From contig JAJRBK010000098.1 of NCBI GenBank assembly GCA_028679495.1, positions 1-46,767 on the forward strand: 46,767 nt of DNA, given 5' to 3'. Positions 1 to 11,227 of the stretch are shown one piece after another. Within the stretch, counting starts at the first letter, position 1, and each line of letters opens with the position of its first letter. A program made the translations under genes and the position numbers. Below the pieces are notes generated by a model. That model was given only the letters and a program-made list of their open reading frames with translations. It was not told the origin of the DNA and ran no database searches. The stretch is from Methanobacteriota archaeon. Its GTDB lineage: Archaea; Halobacteriota; Bog-38; Methanoflorentales; Methanoflorentaceae.

Positions 1-75
1 CAACCTTTTTGACAGTGTTCGTGCGGGAGCCGAGGCGATCCTACGAAGGCCTCGTCGAACCGAGCTTTTACCACG

Positions 76-918
76 TTAACCACGCATTTTTGACGATATT
101 TCGCGGCTCGTAGAGCCAACAAAGTGAGCGCCACAGTGGCAAATTGTTGTCGTCATCACATTATTAAACTCGTCGAGTGCGCCACATGGATCAATAGCAA
201 AAACTGCGTCTCCAAGCATTGCCATCGATGCGAACCCTCCTGTGGCTTCGACGGCCTCGACGGCGTCGCGAGCTTTTTCGCTTATAACGCCAGACTTATA
301 AGCAAATTCTTTTGATAACGCCATAAATGTTTCAAACGTCGGTTTTTTATCAAGACTTTTAAGCGCCCAGGCGCCTTGCGTATTGATTGTACGCATAATC
401 TCTTGGTCTCTAATGATCTGAGCGGTCGAGATCTCACCGAAGACAGCAAGAGAGATCTTAGCAGGAGGTGCGGGGATACGGTCTATTCCTTTTTGACGTC
501 GGATGACTACGCCCCCGACAGCTTGTGCAACGACATCTCCGACGCCTGTTTTGTGCACAATTTCAGCGTGCTGAGCAACGTCACGAAGAGCGTTCAAGCT
601 ATAATCAAGCTTAAGGGATCCACTCACTGCGAGGGCTGTACTAAAGGCACCGGCGCCGCTCGTCCCAAACCCGCAGCTTGTCGGAAGGGACAAGGAGGTA
701 TAGACATCCATCGATTCATTAGTGAGCAACCCGACAACCGTCGCAGTTGTTGGAGCGGTTGATGACAGTCCGTTTATAAACACTGACCCGCTTCCTTCAG
801 TCGCCTCAGTTGTTGCTCCAACAGAAAGCACGATGCCGCACCCTTCAGATGATATAGTGTGGCCTTTGCCGCGGAGCGCAAAGAATCCAGTAACATGGCA
901 TGGGCAAAAAGCTTTCAT
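76..918 (-). CDS. Pantoate kinase-like GHMP-superfamily kinase (archaeal CoA pathway, COG1829 type)
   Basis: 280-aa ORF. It has a GHMP-type glycine-rich motif (LPTSCGFGTSGAGAFSTA). Its start overlaps the coaBC stop by 4 nt (915-918), the usual archaeal CoA-pathway neighbourhood. Confidence 0.7.
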   Translation of the reverse strand: MKAFCPCHVTGFFALRGKGHTISSEGCGIVLSVGATTEATEGSGSVFINGLSSTAPTTATVVGLLTNESMDVYTSLSLPTSCGFGTSGAGAFSTALAVSGSLKLDYSLNALRDVAQHAEIVHKTGVGDVVAQAVGGVVIRRQKGIDRIPAPPAKISLAVFGEISTAQIIRDQEIMRTINTQGAWALKSLDKKPTFETFMALSKEFAYKSGVISEKARDAVEAVEATGGFASMAMLGDAVFAIDPCGALDEFNNVMTTTICHCGAHFVGSTSREISSKMRG

Positions 919-2084
919 GTAGTCTGCAACCGTGCAACGAGGGCATCTATTACCTTCGTTGCAAGAAATGACTTATGGCCGTAGTATCGCTCCACACCCG
1001 ATCCGACGATATAGATTTCGTTATCTTCAGTCCCCATGCCTCCGTGAGTCACGTCATTTGCGACGACTAGATCGACGGGGATTGATCGCGCACATTTAAT
1101 CAATTCGCTAGGATCGATGTGCGTCTCGGCCTTAAAGCACACGATAAACAACCTAGGATACTGCGCTCTCACGAGATCTGTAAGCTTGGGAACGTGCTTG
1201 AGCTTGAGGTGTAACGCTTGTCCCGATTTAATCTTTTCCTTGTGCCGATCAACGGTATAGTCTGATAGCGCTGCGGTGTTGATAAAGATATCATACCCCT
1301 TCTTGAGTTCTTCGAGCACGGCGTCAATCATCTGAGCGGCACTTTCTACATGTACCTGACTGACCAAATACGCATTATCGTTGTGCACGATTGTGACGTC
1401 GGCGCGCCGTCTAAAAGCCTCATACGCGATGGCTTTACCGGTTCGGCCGGAACTTCGCGACGTTAGAATGCGGATCGGATCTAGTGATTCAGCGGTCGGC
1501 CCACTTGTGACAAGAACCCTCTTTCCTTCTAAATCGCCTTTCGAAAGGACTCGTTCAACAGTGAGCACGATTTCTTCTTCGCTAGCAAGCTTCGCCCGCT
1601 GTTCCGCGATGCGTGGCTCAACGAAGGTGACTTGTGAGCGCAACGTATTGATGTTCTGTTTGACTGAATCGTGGGAAAGCATCGATTCATGCATCGCAGG
1701 AACGATAATCACAGGCTTGCCCGAACCGAGTGCAGTCATGGCGTAGGTCGTAACCGTAGTGTCATCTATGCCGTTCGCAATCTTGCCGATCGTATTTGCA
1801 GTACACGGAGCTATCAACAGGAGATCGGCAGACCCCTCAGTTCCAAGAAGTGCTACGTGTTCTACCATTCCAGTTAGCCCGGTGACCACTTGGTTATGTG
1901 CGGCATATTGAACTGCGTACGGATGAATAATTTTACACGCTGATGGGCTCATCGTCGCGTGTACGTTTGCGCCTTTGCGTTTTAGTTGCCGGATCAGTTT
2001 GATAGTTTCGACCGCCGCTATGCTGCCCGTGATCCCGATGACAACCGTTTTGCCCTCTAACGTTTTCATCCAGCTGCTACCCAT
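915..2084 (-). CDS. coaBC: Bifunctional phosphopantothenoylcysteine decarboxylase / phosphopantothenate-cysteine ligase
   Basis: 389 aa. The N-terminal flavoprotein motif is GITGSIAAVETIKLIRQL, and the C-terminal DFP/CoaB domain shows VTSGPT...DPIR. The ATG at 2084 is used; an alternative ATG at 2069 would give MKTLEGK. Confidence 0.9.
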   Translation of the reverse strand: MGSSWMKTLEGKTVVIGITGSIAAVETIKLIRQLKRKGANVHATMSPSACKIIHPYAVQYAAHNQVVTGLTGMVEHVALLGTEGSADLLLIAPCTANTIGKIANGIDDTTVTTYAMTALGSGKPVIIVPAMHESMLSHDSVKQNINTLRSQVTFVEPRIAEQRAKLASEEEIVLTVERVLSKGDLEGKRVLVTSGPTAESLDPIRILTSRSSGRTGKAIAYEAFRRRADVTIVHNDNAYLVSQVHVESAAQMIDAVLEELKKGYDIFINTAALSDYTVDRHKEKIKSGQALHLKLKHVPKLTDLVRAQYPRLFIVCFKAETHIDPSELIKCARSIPVDLVVANDVTHGGMGTEDNEIYIVGSGVERYYGHKSFLATKVIDALVARLQTT

Positions 2085-2270
2085 TCTTTTAAGCTTATTT
2101 CATCTCAATTCAGACATTAAACTTTTGCTAACTGTAATCACAGACGTGATGCAGATTGCGAGCTTTCCCCGCAAAAGTACCGCTCGATAATCGCGACAGA
2201 CGTAGCGCCCTGTGCCGTTTAGATGATAGGAGCGAAATTAATAATAACCGTCGATTCATCATTGGGTCTA

Positions 2271-3731
2271 ATGACACATGATATCATACGAAGAGGTCGC
2301 CTCTCCGCACTCGATGACCTCGCTGCACGCTTTATCTCCTCCCGCGCGACTGATGAATGGCTCTTCCGCTATGATATTCTCGTTGATATAGCACATGTCA
2401 CGATGCTAAAGCAGCAAAGCATCATAACGCAAACTAGGCACGAGACGTTGGTAGCAGCGCTCGGTCTTATTTATATGCGAGGTTATAGCGCGCTTCCACG
2501 TAAGGCCGATGATGTACACGTTGCCATAGAAACCGCTTTGATAGACGACGTCGGAAGTGAACACGGAGGGTGGTTACACGTGGGCAGGTCAAGAAATGAC
2601 GAGGTCGTCACGTGTATTCGCATGGCGCTCCGAGATGAACTTGTCCTTTTAAGCCTCGATATTCTGACATTACAGGAGGTACTGCTCGATCTCGCTGAAG
2701 AAAACGTCGACACGATAATGCCTGGCTTCACGCATCTCCAACATGCGCAGGCTACGACGCTTGGACATCATCTTTTAGGATACTACGATGCACTTGAAAG
2801 AGATTGCTCGCGCGTAACCGATTGTTTTTGGAGAACGAATAAATGTCCCCTCGGCGCAGCGGCGTTTGCCTCAACGGGGTTCCCGCTCGATCGTGACCTT
2901 ACGGCGGCGGCCCTCGGCTTTGATGGACTTATAGAACACTCGATGGATGCAGTAAGCTCTCGTGATTTTGCCGTTGACGCGCTCGGCGCAAGTTCAAGCT
3001 TGATGTTGACGCTCAGTCGGCTGGCAGAGGAACTCATCTTGTGGAGCTCTACCGAATTTGGCTACGTTGAACTTGACGATACGTTTACCTCGACGAGCTC
3101 GATCATGCCTCAGAAGAAAAATCCTGATACTCTTGAGATGATGCGCGCTAGGTCAGGCTCTGTCATCGGATCACTCGTCGCTGTGCTGTCAATTTTAAAG
3201 GCGCTACCATACAGCTATAACCTTGATTTACAGGAAGTGACTCCTCACCTTCGTCAGGGAATGCGGAACTCTACTGAGTCTGCTCGGATCGCCATCGGAA
3301 TAATGCGAACTGTGACGATTAATAAAGAGAGACTTGCTGACATGAGCACACGAGGATTCACCGCAGCGACAGAGCTAGCTGATACGATCGTTCGTGTCAC
3401 GCACGTTCCTTTCCGTACAGCCCATAATCTTGTCGGAGCGCTCGCCCGCTCAGGAGATCACAATCTGTCAGCGATCGATGATATCGCTATCAAGCAGGTC
3501 GGACAGTCTTTATCATCGCTCGGGTTGAGCCAAAAGGACGTCAACGATGCTTTAGACGTCCATAAGAACGTTGAAAAAAGGAGCGTCAAGGGCGGCCCTG
3601 CAATGCAAGAAGTGCAAAGGATGATAAAGTCACGTCGTCAGCAACTGCAGCACAAGCGAAGGAACGTGCGAAAGCAGAAAAAAGCACTCGAAAAAGCAGA
3701 AATGGACCTTCTCCGTATATCTGGTGTTTAA
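2271..3731 (+). CDS. argH: Argininosuccinate lyase
   Basis: Fumarate-lyase signature SSIMPQKKNPD and GRSRNDEV. The track ORF starts at 2223. The ATG at 2271 (MTHDIIRRGRLS) is preferred because the AT-rich TATA-like AAATTAATAATAA lies about 25 nt upstream. The C-terminal roughly 35 aa is a Lys/Arg-rich tail. Confidence 0.9.
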   Translation: MTHDIIRRGRLSALDDLAARFISSRATDEWLFRYDILVDIAHVTMLKQQSIITQTRHETLVAALGLIYMRGYSALPRKADDVHVAIETALIDDVGSEHGGWLHVGRSRNDEVVTCIRMALRDELVLLSLDILTLQEVLLDLAEENVDTIMPGFTHLQHAQATTLGHHLLGYYDALERDCSRVTDCFWRTNKCPLGAAAFASTGFPLDRDLTAAALGFDGLIEHSMDAVSSRDFAVDALGASSSLMLTLSRLAEELILWSSTEFGYVELDDTFTSTSSIMPQKKNPDTLEMMRARSGSVIGSLVAVLSILKALPYSYNLDLQEVTPHLRQGMRNSTESARIAIGIMRTVTINKERLADMSTRGFTAATELADTIVRVTHVPFRTAHNLVGALARSGDHNLSAIDDIAIKQVGQSLSSLGLSQKDVNDALDVHKNVEKRSVKGGPAMQEVQRMIKSRRQQLQHKRRNVRKQKKALEKAEMDLLRISGV

Positions 3732-3732
3732 A

Positions 3733-4998
3733 ATGGCTGTTGTAGAGAGCGGAGATCGTGTACAAGTAACGCAGAACAACAGGGAATTTATAGGCGTTTT
3801 GATGCCAAGCACGACTGATTTCATCGTTATCAAGCTTGCAAGTGGGTACAACGTTGGGTTTAACCCAGATACCGCTCAAGTCACCCTTGTAGAAAAAGCT
3901 GTGCCGATCTCTCAAGAGAAGGCACCACAGCATATCAAGCCAGATCTCCCTCGAGTGAGTATCGTTTCGACAGGTGGTACGATCGCGAGCAAAATTGATT
4001 ATCGTACAGGGGCAGTCACAAGCCAATTTGATGCTGACGATATCATAGATGCGATCCCCGAGTTGACTGAAATAGCTAACATTGACGGAACGCTCCTGTT
4101 TAACGTTTTGAGTGAAAATATCAACCCAAGTTTATGGTCTGAGCTTGCTCGCTGCGTGTATGATCAAATCCGGTTGGGCGCTGACGGCGTTATCGTGACC
4201 CACGGCACCGACACAATGGCATATAGTGCAGCAGCTTTAGCGTTTATGCTTACCACGCCAGTACCTGTCGTATTTGTCGGCTCACAGCGATCAGCGGATC
4301 GTCCAAGCAGCGACAACGTCATTAACGCGGTCTGTGCTGCTATAACAGCAACAAGCGACCTTGCGGGCGTCAACGAGGTCATGCATGAAAATGAGTCCGA
4401 TGACACATGCTTAGTTCATAGAGCTACGCGAACAAAGAAGATGCATACAAGCAGACGTGATGCCTTTCGCTCGATTAACGCGATGCCAGTAGCACGCGTG
4501 CACTATGCTGCTCGCTCGCTTGAACCTTTAAGCGACCATGCATTACGACGGTCGTGCGATTTGTCGATTAGCCCGCAAATAGATCCTCGGTGTGCCCTCG
4601 TTAAGTTCTACCCAGGTGCAAGACCTGAAATCATAGAATTCCTCCTATCACAGGGGTGCAGAGGTTTGGTAATTGAAGGTACCGGTTTGGGTCACGTCTC
4701 CAAGGAATGGATTCCCCACCTGCAAAAAGCAACTAAGCACGTTCCCGTTATTATGACGTCTCAATGTATCAACGGAAGCGTATGCGATCGGGTGTATGAC
4801 ACAGGGCGCGACCTCTTGCGTGCAGGCGTTATCGAAGCATATGACATGCTGAGCGAGACGGCCCTTGTAAAACTTATGTGGGCGCTTGGCCAGACGTCAG
4901 ACCTTGATGAAGTTCAGTCCTTAGTCACCAGTGATGTTGCCGGCGAGGTTTCAATCGATCAGAGTAGAACACAGCTGACGTTTGGAGGGTCGCTATGA
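3733..4998 (+). CDS. gatD: Glutamyl-tRNA(Gln) amidotransferase subunit D
   Basis: Asparaginase-type motifs VSTGGTIASKIDYRTGAV and THGTDTM. It is followed directly by gatE. The ATG at 3733 lies 2 nt after the argH stop; the track uses a GTG at 3724. Confidence 0.92.
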   Translation: MAVVESGDRVQVTQNNREFIGVLMPSTTDFIVIKLASGYNVGFNPDTAQVTLVEKAVPISQEKAPQHIKPDLPRVSIVSTGGTIASKIDYRTGAVTSQFDADDIIDAIPELTEIANIDGTLLFNVLSENINPSLWSELARCVYDQIRLGADGVIVTHGTDTMAYSAAALAFMLTTPVPVVFVGSQRSADRPSSDNVINAVCAAITATSDLAGVNEVMHENESDDTCLVHRATRTKKMHTSRRDAFRSINAMPVARVHYAARSLEPLSDHALRRSCDLSISPQIDPRCALVKFYPGARPEIIEFLLSQGCRGLVIEGTGLGHVSKEWIPHLQKATKHVPVIMTSQCINGSVCDRVYDTGRDLLRAGVIEAYDMLSETALVKLMWALGQTSDLDEVQSLVTSDVAGEVSIDQSRTQLTFGGSL

Positions 4999-6893
4999 AG
5001 GAACATGAGTATCAGAAAATTGGACTGAAAGCTGGTTTAGAGATCCACCAGCAGCTTAACACGAAGACAAAGCTATTTTGCAGCAGCACAACAGAGCTGC
5101 GCGATACAAAGAACGCTTTATATGATTTTCACCGATACTTGCGGCCTTCCAAGAGTGAAATGGGAGAAATCGACCCGGCGGCACTGGAAGAGGGTGCAGG
5201 AACTCGTCGCTTCACCTATAAAGCTTACTCGAACACGTGCTTGGTTGAAAACGACGACGAGCCGCCTATGGAGCTCAATCTCGAGGCGCTCAAAATTGCT
5301 CTGCAAATAGCGCTTCTTCTTCACATGCAAACATTCGACGAGATACATACAATGAGAAAACTGGTAATAGACGGGTCTACCACGAGCGGGTTTCAGCGGA
5401 CAGCGCTACTTGCCTCCGACGGGCATGTATCGCTCAGCAATGCGACCGTACGAGTCGATACGCTATCAATCGAAGAGGAAGCAGCGCAGATCGTTACTAA
5501 AGATGTTTATTCACTTGATCGACTTGGCATCCCTTTGGTGGAGATAGGAACAGCACCAGATATCACCTCGCCAAAGATGGCAAAGGAACTCGCACTCACT
5601 ATCGGCACGATTTTACGCGCATGTAACGTAAAGCGGGGGATAGGAACAATCCGCCAAGATATCAACATTTCAATCTCTGGAGGCGCACGCGTAGAAATAA
5701 AGGGTGTCCAAGCATTAGAACTCATTGAAGAAATAGTCCGACTTGAGGTTGTCCGACAGATGAATCTCCTTAAAGTGAAAGAGGAGCTACAACACCGACA
5801 GGCGGATGTGGGAAGACCAATGGAGGTTACCTCCTTATTCAGCCGCACGAACTCTAAGATCCTCCAGAAGCAGCATGTGTGGGGTGTATTACTTCACGGC
5901 TTTGCCGGATTACTCGGTCGTGAAATCCAGCCTGGACGTCGCCTCGGCTCTGAGCTCGCTGACCGTGCGAAAAAGAGAGGTGTTGCAGGAATCTTTCACA
6001 CTGACGAGCTGCCACAATATGGAATCTCCCAGCATGAAGTCGATGAGCTAATAACATTCTTAGGTGCGGGCACAGACGACGCTGCAGTCATCGTCGCTCA
6101 CGACCACGCGAAAACTTGCTTAGAAGCCTTGTATGCCGTGATAGAACGCGCACGAGAAGCGGCGATAGGCGTGCCTGAAGAAACGCGACGCGCACTACAA
6201 AACGGCTGTTCTGAGTATATGAGACCTCTGCCTGGAGCTGCTCGCATGTATCCTGAAACCGATGTCTCTCCTATCGTCGTGGCGAAACAGCTCATTGCCA
6301 CGCTTGAGCAGCATCTTCCTGAGCAACTCAACGATAAGACGCGCAGGTACAAAAGTGATTATTTATTAAACGATGAGCTGGCGCGGCGGATCGCTTGGTC
6401 AGAGAATAGTGAGCTCTTTGAAGACATCATGGCGCTCTGGCGCTCATATGAGGGTTCAATCTCAAAAGATCAAGGAAAAGACATTGCAACTCTAGCAGCC
6501 AAAACACTCGAAGGAACGTTTGCTGAACTCAAGAGAGATCATGTGCCGATAGAACGCTTGATGCGTGAGCACATCCTGGATGTCTTTCGACTTGTTATCA
6601 CGAAGTCGATCTCGAAAGAGGGGATACCGGCTGTCCTTCGCGAGCTTGCTCAGTGTCCCACGAAGACTGCGAGTGAAGCGGCAGAGGAGCTCGGATTTGT
6701 AATGCTTAGCGCAGATGAACTCGAAAAGATAATCGATGACGTCGTGCGTTCACGCCTTGACTTCGTGAAGGCAAAAGGCAGCGCAGCGGTGGGACCCCTC
6801 ATGGGACTAGTGATGAAGCAAGCGAGAGGCAAAGCGGACGGCAGACTGGTAAATGAGATGCTGCAGGCCCGGATCCTCTCTATGCTTGAGTAA
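4995..6893 (+). CDS. gatE: Glutamyl-tRNA(Gln) amidotransferase subunit E
   Basis: 632 aa. N-terminal GLKAGLEIHQQL (GatB/E family), typical archaeal GatE length, a 4-nt overlap with the gatD stop, and GGAGGG upstream. Confidence 0.93.
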   Translation: MKEHEYQKIGLKAGLEIHQQLNTKTKLFCSSTTELRDTKNALYDFHRYLRPSKSEMGEIDPAALEEGAGTRRFTYKAYSNTCLVENDDEPPMELNLEALKIALQIALLLHMQTFDEIHTMRKLVIDGSTTSGFQRTALLASDGHVSLSNATVRVDTLSIEEEAAQIVTKDVYSLDRLGIPLVEIGTAPDITSPKMAKELALTIGTILRACNVKRGIGTIRQDINISISGGARVEIKGVQALELIEEIVRLEVVRQMNLLKVKEELQHRQADVGRPMEVTSLFSRTNSKILQKQHVWGVLLHGFAGLLGREIQPGRRLGSELADRAKKRGVAGIFHTDELPQYGISQHEVDELITFLGAGTDDAAVIVAHDHAKTCLEALYAVIERAREAAIGVPEETRRALQNGCSEYMRPLPGAARMYPETDVSPIVVAKQLIATLEQHLPEQLNDKTRRYKSDYLLNDELARRIAWSENSELFEDIMALWRSYEGSISKDQGKDIATLAAKTLEGTFAELKRDHVPIERLMREHILDVFRLVITKSISKEGIPAVLRELAQCPTKTASEAAEELGFVMLSADELEKIIDDVVRSRLDFVKAKGSAAVGPLMGLVMKQARGKADGRLVNEMLQARILSMLE

Positions 6894-7989
6894 AGGTGAT
6901 TTTCTGTCAAGCAGGCAGTTGTTATATGAGCTTGTTCGCATAGCAAGCGTCAGTACGCATGAGCGAGAGATTAGTCTGTTCGTTGAAGAAAGACTCGAAG
7001 AGCTTCATATGGACGTCACGCGCTATGGCAATAACCTCGTCGCTGCGCTGGGTCGCGGACAGCCTACGTTGATGCTTTGCGGACACCTCGATACTGTGCC
7101 GCCCTATTTTCCCCCATCAATTCACGGGCGAAAGCTCTTTGGTCGAGGGGCAGCAGACGACAAAGGTGGTCTCGCCGCTATCATAGACGCGATAGCTCGC
7201 ACATCAAAAAGTAAGCTCAACGGAACGTTGATGGTTGCATTTGTGGTCGACGAAGAGCTGCAGAGCCGAGGAGCTAGAGAGGTGATCCCTCACATCGACG
7301 CGAGCTTTGGCGTGGTATGTGAGCCCACCAATCTCGCAATAATTAACGGTCACAAAGGACGTCTAACTTTGCGCGTTACAACCTTAGGGCGCTCTGCTCA
7401 CGCGAGTAGGCCTAAACTCGGGAAAAACGCAATTGTGGAGATGGCACATCTCCTGGCGCACCTCGAGGGTTTAAAACTGCCGAAACACCCTATTCTTGGC
7501 AGTGAGACCCTAACGGCAAGCAGCATTACCTCACACTCTGCTCCCAACGTTATCCCTGACCGATGCACAATTGGCATTGATTACCGGTACGTGCCGCCTA
7601 ACGATGCGTATAGTGTTCTTAAGGCGCTGCAATCACAATTGCCCGACGCATTGATAGAATTGGCAGATGATTCAGCGCATTTTTCGCGTCCGTTTTATCT
7701 TCCAGAGCACGCCATTATAGACTTACTCAAAGCGTCGGTGCAAGATTGCGGGCTCATTCCTGTCATTACAACAATGGACGCGAGCACTGATGCTGCACGG
7801 TTTAACGAAGCAGGGGTGCCTACCGTGGTGTTTGGCCCAGGCGGAATCGACCAAGCTCATACTCGCGATGAGTGGATTGATCTCGATGAGCTCGAATGTG
7901 CGGCCGCAGTGTTTTGTGACTTAATAAGGCGAGTTTTGATCGAAAAAGATGCCTCCACTGGGAAAAAACAAGACCAAGCGTTTTTATGA
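6853..7989 (+). CDS. M20-family metallo-deacylase (ArgE/DapE/LysK-like)
   Basis: Motifs MLCGHLDTVPP and GRGAADDKGG. The start is uncertain: the ATG at 6853 overlaps gatE by 41 nt, and in-frame TTG codons at 6886 or 6919 are equally plausible. Confidence 0.8.
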   Translation: MRCCRPGSSLCLSKGDFLSSRQLLYELVRIASVSTHEREISLFVEERLEELHMDVTRYGNNLVAALGRGQPTLMLCGHLDTVPPYFPPSIHGRKLFGRGAADDKGGLAAIIDAIARTSKSKLNGTLMVAFVVDEELQSRGAREVIPHIDASFGVVCEPTNLAIINGHKGRLTLRVTTLGRSAHASRPKLGKNAIVEMAHLLAHLEGLKLPKHPILGSETLTASSITSHSAPNVIPDRCTIGIDYRYVPPNDAYSVLKALQSQLPDALIELADDSAHFSRPFYLPEHAIIDLLKASVQDCGLIPVITTMDASTDAARFNEAGVPTVVFGPGGIDQAHTRDEWIDLDELECAAAVFCDLIRRVLIEKDASTGKKQDQAFL

Positions 7990-8081
7990 GATAACTCGCT
8001 TAGTGCAGTTGAGGTACTCTTCGAACCGTTTTTGCGCTTTTCAATTTAACCGAGTCCGAGCGATAACTTGGAATAGAAGCA

Positions 8082-8813
8082 ATGTCGGTAGAATCGATTT
8101 TCTTTCTGTTAGCAGCTTTTGTCGTGCTTTTGCTGCTCGTCGTCGGGTTTGAGACGGTCGGTTTTAAGTTACGGGAAGCGCTATTGATCTTTGTCGGTTC
8201 AACGCTGCTCTTTCTTATCTCATTTCCGTCGGTGCTTTTGTACTTTAGAGGCTCGGTTGGATTGGGCATCATAGATCTGCCTCTCGGAATCTTGGTGTTT
8301 AAGAATCTCGTGACGATAGGCCCCCACCAAGATCTAGCAATCGGATTTGACGTAGCGGGGTTTCTTATACCTTTTTTCGTGTCGGTAGCGATGATTGTTG
8401 ATAGGCGTAGTCCAGCGGTAGCAAGTCTGATCGGAGTCATTTGCATCGCATCCATATCCTATTTGAGCTCAGGTTACGTGGCAGGGCAAGGGGTGATCAT
8501 CCACAACATCTTTGTTATCGCAGGTGCGGCCGGCATCTTAGGAATAGTGCTCTCGCGCAGGCAGTGGTACCATGTGGGGCCTATTTCTTACGTTTCAGGC
8601 TCGCTCGGTGTGCTGTTCGGAGCTGATCTAGTCCGCATTTTGGATATCTTGAGTTATCAGCCGCGAGGCTTCGCGTTTGCATCGATCGGAGGAGCAGGAG
8701 TCTTTGATGCTATCTTCTTAGTTGGCGTCATAGCAGTGACGATTGACGTAATCTTCGTTGAAAACGTTAGGCTCATTCGCTGGATACAAAGACGCAGGAT
8801 ATGGGGACAATGA
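8082..8813 (+). CDS. Polytopic integral membrane protein, family not recognised with certainty (possibly DUF1614-like)
   Basis: 243 aa. Repeated hydrophobic segments suggest at least 6 predicted TM helices by eye. No catalytic motif was recognised. Confidence 0.6.
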   Translation: MSVESIFFLLAAFVVLLLLVVGFETVGFKLREALLIFVGSTLLFLISFPSVLLYFRGSVGLGIIDLPLGILVFKNLVTIGPHQDLAIGFDVAGFLIPFFVSVAMIVDRRSPAVASLIGVICIASISYLSSGYVAGQGVIIHNIFVIAGAAGILGIVLSRRQWYHVGPISYVSGSLGVLFGADLVRILDILSYQPRGFAFASIGGAGVFDAIFLVGVIAVTIDVIFVENVRLIRWIQRRRIWGQ

Positions 8814-8990
8814 TCTTCGTTCGGTTTTACGGTCTCAATAACTGAAATAGACCCAATCACTTATGCTCACCCTCTCATTCGCATTTTCTACACAGCCTTA
8901 TGCCCGAAGAAATCGTTTTATAGGGTGCTAGATAACAGTAGTCCAGGCAAAGCATGGATTTATTGGAGTATTTTCTCCATTAATGTGGAT

Positions 8991-10490
8991 ATGACGAAGA
9001 CAATCACTTTTTTTGATACCACCTTACGAGACGGAGAGCAAACGCCCAATGTTTCGTTAACAAACGAGCAGAAGTTTGCAATTGCCGGCGCCCTCGATAA
9101 ACTCGGCATAGACGTCATAGAGGCAGGCTTTCCAGCCTCTTCTCGCGGAGAGCTAGCTGCGACGAAGAGCATAGCGCGCGCGGGACTTCGTCCTACCATC
9201 TGTGGGCTTGCTCGCGTCCTTAAGCCTGATATCGATGCATGTTTAGACGCTGATGTAGGACTTATTCATATCTTCGCTTCCACATCTGATGTGCAGTTAG
9301 AGCATTCAATGAAGAAGACGCGGGAAGAGGTCTACGACTTATCAATCGAAGCTGTGGATTATGTCAAGCAGCACGGAATGCAATGTCTTTTCTCAGCCAT
9401 GGATGCGACAAGAACCGACCTCGGCTTCCTTCGCTATATCTGCAAGGGAGTGGAATCAGCTGGAGCTGATATCATCAACATCCCCGATACAGTAGGCGTG
9501 ATGGCACCATCTAAGATGTACGATCTTATTGCAGGTATACGAGCGGTGATCGCGGTGCCAATCGACGTTCACTGTCACAACGATTTCGGCCTTGCCGTGG
9601 CAAACAGCCTGTCGGCGGTGGAAGCGGGAGCGAACCAAGTACAGGTAACTGTGAATGGATTGGGAGAGCGCGCAGGAAATGCAGATTTAGCACAGACGGT
9701 AATGAGCCTACAGAGTATCTTCGGCCTCACTACTCACATCAATACGGAACATCTCCTCGAAACATCACGACTGGTTGAACGTTTTACCAAGATTAACCTG
9801 CCGCCGATGGCTCCGGTTGTCGGTGAGAATGCTTTTTCACATGAATCAGGGATACATTCCCGAGGAGTCATAGAATGCGCCGATACGTTTGAGCCGGGTA
9901 TTATGACTCCTGAGATGGTTGGCCAGCGCCGTCGTCTCGTCGCTGGTAAACACGCTGGCAGGCATGCGGTACGCGAGATGCTGAGAGACGCAAGCTTTTC
10001 GATAACAGAAGCTCAGCTGACAGACATAATGAATCGAGTAAAGGACCTAGGCGATCAAGGTCGGAGAGTTACAGATATCGACTTATACACTATAGCGGAA
10101 GCAGTGACAAACGATGTGTCGGAGCCGACAATTATGCTTGACGAGTTATCAGTGATGACTGGCAATCGCATGACACCAACTGCGACCATTAAAGCAACGG
10201 TTCATGGAAGGACGAAAGTTGGTGCGCGCGTAGGAGTGGGGCCCGTAGATGCTGCTATTAATGCCGTGCACGCTGTGCTAGGCAGTTCAGGTTTACAGCT
10301 TAAAACTTTTAGGATAGATGCAATCTCTGGTGGTACTGATGCACTTGCTGATGTTATCGTTGGCGTGGAAGATGCGAAAGGACATCTTGTCAGCGCGCGT
10401 GCCGCTCGAAATGATATCGTCGTTGCGTCAGTCGAAGCAATGATTAGCGCAATAAATCGTCTTGAACTGAGAGACAGCGAGGATCATTGA
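8991..10490 (+). CDS. 2-isopropylmalate synthase / (R)-citramalate synthase family (LeuA/CimA)
   Basis: [26 protein letters not shown] and a C-terminal LeuA-dimer-like regulatory domain. The ATG at 8991 ([17 protein letters not shown]) is preferred over the track start at 8925. Confidence 0.9.
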   Translation: MTKTITFFDTTLRDGEQTPNVSLTNEQKFAIAGALDKLGIDVIEAGFPASSRGELAATKSIARAGLRPTICGLARVLKPDIDACLDADVGLIHIFASTSDVQLEHSMKKTREEVYDLSIEAVDYVKQHGMQCLFSAMDATRTDLGFLRYICKGVESAGADIINIPDTVGVMAPSKMYDLIAGIRAVIAVPIDVHCHNDFGLAVANSLSAVEAGANQVQVTVNGLGERAGNADLAQTVMSLQSIFGLTTHINTEHLLETSRLVERFTKINLPPMAPVVGENAFSHESGIHSRGVIECADTFEPGIMTPEMVGQRRRLVAGKHAGRHAVREMLRDASFSITEAQLTDIMNRVKDLGDQGRRVTDIDLYTIAEAVTNDVSEPTIMLDELSVMTGNRMTPTATIKATVHGRTKVGARVGVGPVDAAINAVHAVLGSSGLQLKTFRIDAISGGTDALADVIVGVEDAKGHLVSARAARNDIVVASVEAMISAINRLELRDSEDH

Positions 10491-11227
10491 AGTGGCGACT
10501 TATAGATTCACACTGCCATATCAACATGGCGGCTTTTGACAGCGACCGTCCCGAAGTTGTCGAGCGGGCTCACCGTGCAAGCGTAGCGCTCGTCAATTCG
10601 GGCGTTGATCTCGAGTCGAATGTTGCCACGAAGGCGCTGCTTACTTACAAGAACGTATTTGCCAGTTACGGCTTAAGTCCTGTTTATTACAAACAGGCCT
10701 CAGAAGTAATACGCTTTATTCGACAGAACGTCGGTTCAGCGTGTGCGATCGGTGAAGTTGGCTTGGATTTCTACCACGTAAAACAAGCATCAGAACGGAC
10801 TCGACAAGAAAACACGCTGTTTCAGTTCATCCGACTTAGCAAAGAGCTCGGTCTGGCGCTTATTCTTCATACGCGTGACGCTGAAGAACGAGTGTTTGAG
10901 CTCGCTCATAACGTGGACACTGCTGTCTATCATTGTTACGGCGGCAGCGTTGAGCTTGCAAAGAAAATCGTTGACTGTGGCCATTACGTATCAATTTCAA
11001 CGCGCGTTTGTCGGTCAGCACAACATAAAGAGCTGTTGAAGGTACTGCCGCGCGAACACGTTGTCATCGAGACTGATAGTCCCTTTCTTTCGTGTCACAA
11101 GGGCAGAAACGAACCGATCTTTGTCGAAGATGCACTACGTGTAGTTTCGCGTGTATGGGAGGAGGAACTAGAAGATACCGCGTCGATGCTCGTAAATAAC
11201 ACGAAAAATGCACTTAATCTTGTTTAA
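10487..11227 (+). CDS. TatD-family metal-dependent hydrolase/DNase
   Basis: Motifs IDSHCHI, GEVGLDFY, ILHTRDA and ETDSPFL. The TTG start overlaps the upstream stop by 4 nt. Confidence 0.88.
   Translation: MKWRLIDSHCHINMAAFDSDRPEVVERAHRASVALVNSGVDLESNVATKALLTYKNVFASYGLSPVYYKQASEVIRFIRQNVGSACAIGEVGLDFYHVKQASERTRQENTLFQFIRLSKELGLALILHTRDAEERVFELAHNVDTAVYHCYGGSVELAKKIVDCGHYVSISTRVCRSAQHKELLKVLPREHVVIETDSPFLSCHKGRNEPIFVEDALRVVSRVWEEELEDTASMLVNNTKNALNLV

Noticed and set aside
1-75. Possible end or start of a further gene at the left edge
   Set aside because: Too short to assign a frame or function. A phosphopantothenate synthetase gene downstream of pantoate kinase would be expected from synteny, but this cannot be supported from 75 nt.
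3586-4026. 146-aa minus-strand ORF spanning the argH/gatD junction
   Set aside because: It lies antisense to two confidently identified genes. It has no recognisable motif.
8000-8455. 151-aa minus-strand ORF
   Set aside because: It lies antisense to the polytopic membrane protein. The plus-strand frame gives coherent TM helices, whereas this frame gives a low-complexity T/S/K/R-rich product.
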